IMG/VR virus record: IMGVR_UViG_3300032053_000039
Coordinates: 1 to 64,000 of that record
Length of the DNA stretch: 64,000 nt
Reading direction: 5' to 3' (one strand)
Source of the DNA: a virus
Below are positions 57,657-64,000 of this stretch, one piece after another. The notes under the pieces were generated by a model. It was not told the DNA's origin and did not search any database. It saw only the letters and a list, made by a program, of their open reading frames with translations. Position 1 is the first letter of the stretch; every line of letters starts with the position of its first letter. The translations under genes and the position numbers were made by a program.

Positions 57657-60600
57657 GTGGCAGATGAACTAAAAAATGAAAATAGTCCTATTTCAGGTTA
57701 TCGAGATAATTTTGATATAATTCTACCAAGAGATGTTCATTCTGCAGCAGTACAAGATGATCGTGGAGATAAGCAGAGTACTTCTTCTTATACAGGAACA
57801 GTAAACACTTCTTCTTTTATGGGAATGCAGTCATCTGCTAATATACTGAGAAATCCTACTCGTAGATTTTATGATCCTGAAATTACTACTACAGCTATCT
57901 ATCTTCCCAAAGATATAAAAAGGAATAATAGATGGTGTCGATGGTTTTATGACCATGATGAAATGATTGGAGCTATTTTGGATGTTCATGCAGAACTTCC
58001 TTATTCTAGAGCAAAGTTACGAGTAGATGATCCTGTTATTCAAAGAGCTATTGATGAGTGCCTTGATAAAACAAATTTCTTTTCAATGCTTCCTTTGATT
58101 GATCTTGAATATATGAAAGTTGGAGAAGTCTTTATTTATACAAACTGGAGTGATTCTCTAGGAATGTGGGATAGTATTGTAATTCACAATCCTGACTTTA
58201 TTGAAGTTAAATATTCACCTTTTGCTGATAGAGATCCCGTATTAGAATTAACTCCAGACGAAGAACTTAGATCTTTGGTTCATTCAAGAAGACCTGAAGA
58301 CCAACAACTTAAAAAACGTCTTCCTCAGGATATTGTGAAAAGAGTACTTACGGGTAGAAATATCATGCTCAGCCCCAGTTGTACCACGCACATAGCTCGG
58401 AGAAGTAACCCTTATGATCTACGAGGTACTTCTATACTGCGCAGATTGTTCAGATTGCTCCAATATGAGGACAAACTTAGGGAAGCGCAGATTACGATTG
58501 CTGATAACTTTATTTACCCGCTGAAGATATTTAAACTTGGTGATGAAAATAAAGGATGGATACCGAATGCAAACCATCAGAAGGCTTTGGCTCAGATGCT
58601 TCAGCAGGCAAACTTTGACCCAAATTTTAGTTTGATATATCATTATGGTCTCAAAGTTGATATAATAACTGTAGCTGATAAGCTTATGAAAATGGATACT
58701 GAGTGGACCGAGATAAATAAAAAGAAATGCATGGCTCTTGGAATCAGTGAAGATTTTTTGATGAAAGGTGAGAATTACGCTTGTTTTACTGAAGGAACAC
58801 AAGTAACAACACCGGATGGTAAAAATAATATAGAGAACATTTCTAAAGATACTTTCGTTATTGATAAAAATGGAACTTCACAGAAGGTACTTGATAATTG
58901 GTGTGAAGGAGTACCTGAAACTTTAGTTAATATTAAATTATGGGGTGGAAAAGAATTTCAATGCACTTCTAATCACAAATGGCCGATATGGGCATGGCCT
59001 AGGAACTGTGCTTGTGGTTGCGGGAAAGAAATTAAGACTGGAAAGATGTATGCTCACTCTGGAGCTCGTATTGGAGGAAGAACTGAAAATAAAGTTATTT
59101 TTAATAAAGTATCTTTTGTAAAATGTTTTGGCCACACGACAGTAGCAGGACTTCCTGAAGGATATGATCCTAATATTACTCTTCAAGCATCTGAAATTAA
59201 AAAATATGATTATTTGATGATTCCCCGAAAGTTTTCTGAAATTAAGACAAACACATCCAGGGAGCAAGCACGATTGTTAGGATACTTCTTGGCTGAGGGT
59301 AACTATTCAAAACATCATACGACAAAGGAATTAACTGGGATTAATTTAACTTTTAATGTTAAAGAAAAAGATACCTTAGTGAAAGATGCTTTAGACCTTT
59401 GTAAAAAGATTGGATTGCCTATTGTTCAAATTGAAGAAAACAATAAAAAGAATACAATACGTTTACGTTCTGCAAATAGATTAGAATTCAAAGATCTTAT
59501 TATATGGTTTAAGAAAAGTGCTGGGGAATACTCTTATGGTAAGAAATTATCTGAAGATATTATGAGATGGCCCCTTTTCTTAAAGGAAGAATTAATTAAG
59601 GGAATATTTAGAGGGGATGGTAGTCAGACATCCAAAGTAGTTATGTATACTACAACATCTGAAGTTTTGGCGTATCAAGTGGAACTTATACTAGCACAGT
59701 TAGGATTTATTGCTAATTGGACAATACAGAATAACAGGATAAGAAATTTAACTAGTGTTTATAAAAGGAGAACAACCTATCGATTAGATTTTCATGGTAA
59801 ATTTGCACTTGATCTGGCTAACTTGGTTTGGGGAGAAGATTCAAAAGTGCTAGATGAAACAGAGAAAAAGTTTCAATGTCAAAAAGCGTGGGTTGATGAT
59901 AATTATGTATACGTTATGGTTAAATCGGTTGAAGTAGTAAAAAATACCAAGAAAGTCTATAATCTTACTGTAGAGAATTCTCATAGTTACTTAGTACATA
60001 ATATAGGAACATTTAATTCTGCCAATGTTGGATTACAAATGGCACTGGCACGATATAAAGCAAAAAGGGATCTTTTTGAAATAAAATTTTTACGAGATAA
60101 ATTTTTAAGAGTAATGGCTGAGAAGAATGGATGGTATCAGAGGGATGCCAGGGAAATAGTAGGTCAGTATCGAGTAACAAGAAAAGGAGAAGAACTTAAC
60201 AAAAGACTTATTCTACCTCAGATAATATGGGATAAGAAATTAGTTCTACGAGATGATCAGCAATATCTTACCTTTTTAAATAATGTTTATTCTAATGGAA
60301 AAGGTCCCGTATCTGTATTAACAATGTTGACAGCAATGGGACTTACTTTAGAGGAAGAATTATCGAATAAAGAAAAGCAGAGAGAGCTGGAAGAAAAATT
60401 TGGAGTAAAATCGATTGCGCCTTTACCTGGAGGGCAAGGAGCTCCATTAGGAGCAATGGCTTCAAAAATAATGGATAGATTAAAGTTCGGTAAGAAGAAA
60501 GAAGCTCGTATGGATGAACCGCCCACATTAAAACCAGATGGAGATTTTGTTACACTGGATAATATAAAAGAATACGGAACTTATACTCAGGAAGATGAAA

Positions 60601-61925
60601 ATAATTATGCAGTAGAAATATCAAAAGATTTAATACTAATAGATGATCAGGACTGGAAGAAAAGTTTACAATCTAAAAATGTACCTCAAGAAGTCATAAC
60701 GATACTTTCAAACTACAATGATAAACTGGAAGTAACCTATAAAAGATCAAATGGAAAATTTGCTTCAGAGATACAAGCAACAGGAAAAGAAATTTCAGAT
60801 GTATTGGGTAGAATATATCTTCAGGGAAAACTTTGGGCATATGGATCCACCAACTTTTTGCAGGTATCAAGAAATGTCTATGCCAGGGAAATAAAAGATT
60901 TCTCAGATATATTGATGGTAGAAGAATTCAGGAGCTGGGTAGATCTTATAGCCTCAGCTGACATGGATAAGTCAGCCATATTGAAAAATCTTAGAACACT
61001 GGGGAATACCTGCTTTTCTTATGGTCAATTGAAGGGGTATCAAGAGCAAGGGATAGAAACAGCAAAATTAAGTAATGTTATAGAGAATGACGGTATAAGA
61101 TATGAGATACTAGATTTGCTTACTAAACGGCACAATCTTGCTTCGTTGATATCTCCTCGGGGGGATATTATACTCTTTTCTGGATGTATTGAAGGAAATG
61201 AAACAGTAGATCCTCATATAGAACGATACAAAGATTTTATATCTAACGGAATACGAGTATCTTCTTGCCCTGTTGAGTTTATTAGGCCTACAAAACAATA
61301 CTTAGATAAAGTAGGAAGAGTTCTTAAAAAGAAATACGATACAATCTATTTCGTGCCGGATGTTATAGATTTACCTGAATGGGAAGAACATACTAAAAAG
61401 GCAATAGAAAAGGATCTTATAGATCTTGATAAGAATGCCCGATCTTTATCAATTTCTTCTTCTTTAATGTATGAAAAGCTTAAAAAAAGAGGAAATCTCG
61501 CCATATTTAATAATGGTAGGCATCTTTATGTATCTAATTGGATAGGTACTCAAGATAAATCTATTATTGATAATCTTATAAAGCATGTTGATATTTACCA
61601 GGAAATCGAGAAATCTATAGATAAAGCTTTTGAGAAAAAAGCATATGATCTTACCAGAAACGAACTAGAAACGTATCGGGTTTTTGGATACATAGAACCT
61701 ATAATGCGAAATTCAGAAGTTATTGGATGGAGAGCTGTAGATTCTGGAGAAGAAAGATCTAATGAAAAGATAAAGTTTGGAAAAGCTTGGGATTCTGAAG
61801 GTATTTGTATTAATGAAACAGATCAAGATTCAAAATCATTCTTCTTTGATAATTTAAAATTATGGATAGAATACCCTCATAAACTAGAGGAGTCAACAGT
61901 ACAGAGCTTTAACAAAATATTCTAA
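57657..61925 (+). CDS. portal protein with intein and long C-terminal extension
   Basis: FYDHDEMIGAILDVHAELP, YMKVGEVF, HIARRSNPYDLRGTSIL, KCMALGISEDFL; upstream of the prohead protease. Confidence 0.75.
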   Translation: MADELKNENSPISGYRDNFDIILPRDVHSAAVQDDRGDKQSTSSYTGTVNTSSFMGMQSSANILRNPTRRFYDPEITTTAIYLPKDIKRNNRWCRWFYDHDEMIGAILDVHAELPYSRAKLRVDDPVIQRAIDECLDKTNFFSMLPLIDLEYMKVGEVFIYTNWSDSLGMWDSIVIHNPDFIEVKYSPFADRDPVLELTPDEELRSLVHSRRPEDQQLKKRLPQDIVKRVLTGRNIMLSPSCTTHIARRSNPYDLRGTSILRRLFRLLQYEDKLREAQITIADNFIYPLKIFKLGDENKGWIPNANHQKALAQMLQQANFDPNFSLIYHYGLKVDIITVADKLMKMDTEWTEINKKKCMALGISEDFLMKGENYACFTEGTQVTTPDGKNNIENISKDTFVIDKNGTSQKVLDNWCEGVPETLVNIKLWGGKEFQCTSNHKWPIWAWPRNCACGCGKEIKTGKMYAHSGARIGGRTENKVIFNKVSFVKCFGHTTVAGLPEGYDPNITLQASEIKKYDYLMIPRKFSEIKTNTSREQARLLGYFLAEGNYSKHHTTKELTGINLTFNVKEKDTLVKDALDLCKKIGLPIVQIEENNKKNTIRLRSANRLEFKDLIIWFKKSAGEYSYGKKLSEDIMRWPLFLKEELIKGIFRGDGSQTSKVVMYTTTSEVLAYQVELILAQLGFIANWTIQNNRIRNLTSVYKRRTTYRLDFHGKFALDLANLVWGEDSKVLDETEKKFQCQKAWVDDNYVYVMVKSVEVVKNTKKVYNLTVENSHSYLVHNIGTFNSANVGLQMALARYKAKRDLFEIKFLRDKFLRVMAEKNGWYQRDAREIVGQYRVTRKGEELNKRLILPQIIWDKKLVLRDDQQYLTFLNNVYSNGKGPVSVLTMLTAMGLTLEEELSNKEKQRELEEKFGVKSIAPLPGGQGAPLGAMASKIMDRLKFGKKKEARMDEPPTLKPDGDFVTLDNIKEYGTYTQEDENNYAVEISKDLILIDDQDWKKSLQSKNVPQEVITILSNYNDKLEVTYKRSNGKFASEIQATGKEISDVLGRIYLQGKLWAYGSTNFLQVSRNVYAREIKDFSDILMVEEFRSWVDLIASADMDKSAILKNLRTLGNTCFSYGQLKGYQEQGIETAKLSNVIENDGIRYEILDLLTKRHNLASLISPRGDIILFSGCIEGNETVDPHIERYKDFISNGIRVSSCPVEFIRPTKQYLDKVGRVLKKKYDTIYFVPDVIDLPEWEEHTKKAIEKDLIDLDKNARSLSISSSLMYEKLKKRGNLAIFNNGRHLYVSNWIGTQDKSIIDNLIKHVDIYQEIEKSIDKAFEKKAYDLTRNELETYRVFGYIEPIMRNSEVIGWRAVDSGEERSNEKIKFGKAWDSEGICINETDQDSKSFFFDNLKLWIEYPHKLEESTVQSFNKIF
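58782..60017 (+). mobile_element. LAGLIDADG intein in portal (412 aa)
   Basis: starts CFTEGTQV, CTSNH, LLGYFLAEG and LIKGIFRGDG, VYNLTVENSHSY, ends GTFN before Ser. Confidence 0.88.
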
Positions 61926-61926
61926 T

Positions 61927-62379
61927 ATGAACTACAAAAATTACATACAAAGAAAAATAGGATCTCTTGTTAATAAGAGAAACAACAACATCTTAAAAGA
62001 AAGACGTGCCTATACCTACAAGGGACTTTCAAGTAATAAAGAGAAAGAGATCATAGTATATATTAGAATACAAAAGGATATGGATAAGCAGCAGCTTGTT
62101 GATTTCATTATGAAAAGATTTAATGTAAATGAACAAGATGCCGAAAGACTTTTCTATTTAGCATACCCAGATGGATTAGATTTTCAGGAAAATAAATCTT
62201 TAGATGCCTTGAATAATATACTCTCAACTCTTGATTGTCTACCTAAAGAATTTATAGATAAAATATTTGAAGCTATACTTGAAAAAAGAAATATTGATAT
62301 AAGGGAAATAGATCCTATAATTATTGATACTACAAAAATTGTAGTATCTTCTCTTCTTCGCAGAAGAAATTTAATTTAG
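61927..62379 (+). CDS. hypothetical protein
   Basis: 150 aa between portal and protease. Confidence 0.7.
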   Translation: MNYKNYIQRKIGSLVNKRNNNILKERRAYTYKGLSSNKEKEIIVYIRIQKDMDKQQLVDFIMKRFNVNEQDAERLFYLAYPDGLDFQENKSLDALNNILSTLDCLPKEFIDKIFEAILEKRNIDIREIDPIIIDTTKIVVSSLLRRRNLI

Positions 62380-62389
62380 AGGTTTCACC

Positions 62390-63265
62390 ATGAATGAGAG
62401 AACAGCAGTATCAACTCCTATTAAATACCAGCTTTTTACTGAATTCAATAAAAAGGAAAAAGATAAAATAGCTGAGATAGTAGAAGTTAATCATAAAGAA
62501 TTTTATATTGCTCCTACTGTTGAAAACTATGTTTATGCAACAACAAGGGCTTTAGACTTTGGTGACTTTCATGGAACTCTTAATAAAAAAGCATTATGGG
62601 AACATGCTGTGAACAAGAACGCAGATTTATTTAACTATGATGAAATTATGGCAGAACATCCTGTAAGGAAAATCGCTCGATATCTTACTTTTAGAACTGC
62701 TGGTATATTTCTTAATCATCAAAGTAATAATCCTGAAGCAGCAATAGGACTTGCTTTTGATGCTACCCTTGTAATGGAGCCTTATGAAGATATGCATGCG
62801 GTTCTTCTTTTTGGTATCGATAAAATGAAAAGTCCTGGAGTGGCCCGAACACTTCAGACATATCCTACAAGGGTAGGAACTTCAATGGGTTGCTCTATAA
62901 AGAGCAGTTCTTGCACTATATGTGGAAAGGAAATATTTAAGGATTCAGATATATGTGCTTGTTTAAAACACAACAGGGGATCTCGACTCAAAGGGAAAAA
63001 AGTAGCAGAACTTCTTAAAGATATGGAATTTTATGAGCAAAGTGTTGTGACTTCTCCTGCTTGTGATACAGCATATGTCATAGATGCCATATCAGAAATA
63101 ATACCTGGTAGGTTACTGAAAGTAGCTACTGATGATTTACAGCCAATACTTTCTATAATGGGTACTATTTATAATAGTATTAAGGAAGCGAAAACAATTC
63201 AAGATAAAAAAAGATTAAGCAATCAGCTCGATTCTCTTATTTATAAACTGGAAAAAATGATATAA
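62390..63265 (+). CDS. prohead (capsid maturation) protease with Cys-rich insert
   Basis: IFLNH, AIG, GTSMGC, CTICG...C.CL, FYEQSVVTSPA; His/Ser pattern of HK97/herpes-fold head proteases. Confidence 0.75.
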   Translation: MNERTAVSTPIKYQLFTEFNKKEKDKIAEIVEVNHKEFYIAPTVENYVYATTRALDFGDFHGTLNKKALWEHAVNKNADLFNYDEIMAEHPVRKIARYLTFRTAGIFLNHQSNNPEAAIGLAFDATLVMEPYEDMHAVLLFGIDKMKSPGVARTLQTYPTRVGTSMGCSIKSSSCTICGKEIFKDSDICACLKHNRGSRLKGKKVAELLKDMEFYEQSVVTSPACDTAYVIDAISEIIPGRLLKVATDDLQPILSIMGTIYNSIKEAKTIQDKKRLSNQLDSLIYKLEKMI

Positions 63266-63281
63266 CTGGAGAAGTTTTGTA

Positions 63282-64000
63282 ATGACACCACACGAACCTA
63301 GAATGTTTCAGAGAGCAGGCGTATTTATAACTAATATCCCTTTTGGGAGTTTTGGAAATAATAAGGATGAAGTTATAAATAATTTAATAGATTCTTTATA
63401 CTCTATAAATAATATAGAATCTGGTAGTATTGCTATAGTTCCTAATGTTAATAATACAATAAGACTGATTGTGAGTTCTTATAATCCCTCTATAAAAAAA
63501 GAAATAAAAGATAATATAACTTCTGTAATAGAAAAATATCTTCCAAAGAAGAAAAAGGTAGATCCTAAAACAGGGGAAGAAACTACTATTGTTTCTTATA
63601 CACCAGAGTTCTTATTTGATGCAGAACTTGATAAAGATTACTATGGAACTCTTGGAAAGACTGGAGAAGGTACTGAAAAGGGTTGGTTCATGTTTACTTC
63701 ATTTGCTGGAAACCAAATGAAGATAAATGCAATGATGAATCATATAAATAAGATGACAACTCCTGTAACAAAAGATGGGAAGCCTAATAAGACATACGAT
63801 CCTTTTTTAGGAATATACTCAGCAATACCTCTTTTTGGGAATCTTTTTATATATGCTGATCGTACAGAAGAAGTCTACAAGAAGATATTATCTACTCCTT
63901 TTGTTTACTTTGAACCTCATGCGAAGACAGGTCAATTTCTTGTTCCTATGGATACAAAAAGTGATATAACTAGGTATCTTGGGGATCAAGTTAATGCTTC
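63282..64000 (+). CDS. hypothetical protein, truncated by the window end
   Basis: GGAG RBS; MTPHEPRMFQRAGVF...; appears open to the window end. Confidence 0.7.
   Translation, partial: MTPHEPRMFQRAGVFITNIPFGSFGNNKDEVINNLIDSLYSINNIESGSIAIVPNVNNTIRLIVSSYNPSIKKEIKDNITSVIEKYLPKKKKVDPKTGEETTIVSYTPEFLFDAELDKDYYGTLGKTGEGTEKGWFMFTSFAGNQMKINAMMNHINKMTTPVTKDGKPNKTYDPFLGIYSAIPLFGNLFIYADRTEEVYKKILSTPFVYFEPHAKTGQFLVPMDTKSDITRYLGDQVNA

Noticed and set aside
51463-61298. minus-strand and alternate-frame ORFs inside the plus-strand genes
   Set aside because: shadows of long coding genes with no independent motifs
1-64000. alternative genetic code (stop-codon recoding seen in some large phages)
   Set aside because: long genes are intact in the standard code, and TAA, TAG and TGA all end genes at tight operon junctions
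1-64000. tRNA, rRNA, integrase, terminase large subunit and major capsid genes
   Set aside because: none recognisable in this window; a tRNAscan-SE run would be needed to exclude tRNAs formally

Overview
AT-rich (roughly 30% GC by eye), standard-genetic-code segment of a large tailed-phage (jumbo-like) genome. Positions 1-50.8 kb are almost entirely on the minus strand and carry a replication/recombination block: DnaB helicase, sigma-70-like factor, SF2 helicase, FtsZ/tubulin-family GTPase, DnaG primase, DnaC-like loader, RecA, a UDG-family-4/PolA fusion, RuvC, SSB, class II RNR, SbcCD and a lambda-O-like initiator. Sugar-metabolism auxiliary genes and many small accessory or membrane ORFs are interspersed. 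After a divergent intergenic switch at about 51.1-51.4 kb, plus-strand head genes begin (large hypothetical proteins, portal, prohead protease). Seven inteins are visible. The most unusual element is a candidate replication-control module at 49.1-51.1 kb: an initiator gene with four 23-bp palindromic iterons, flanked by paralogous N- and C-terminal pieces and preceded by a structured minus-strand leader RNA. Also notable are a phage tubulin flanked by ribbon-helix-helix genes and a set of at least six small RHH-like genes, four of them missed by the ORF track. All family assignments come from motif recognition, not database searches.
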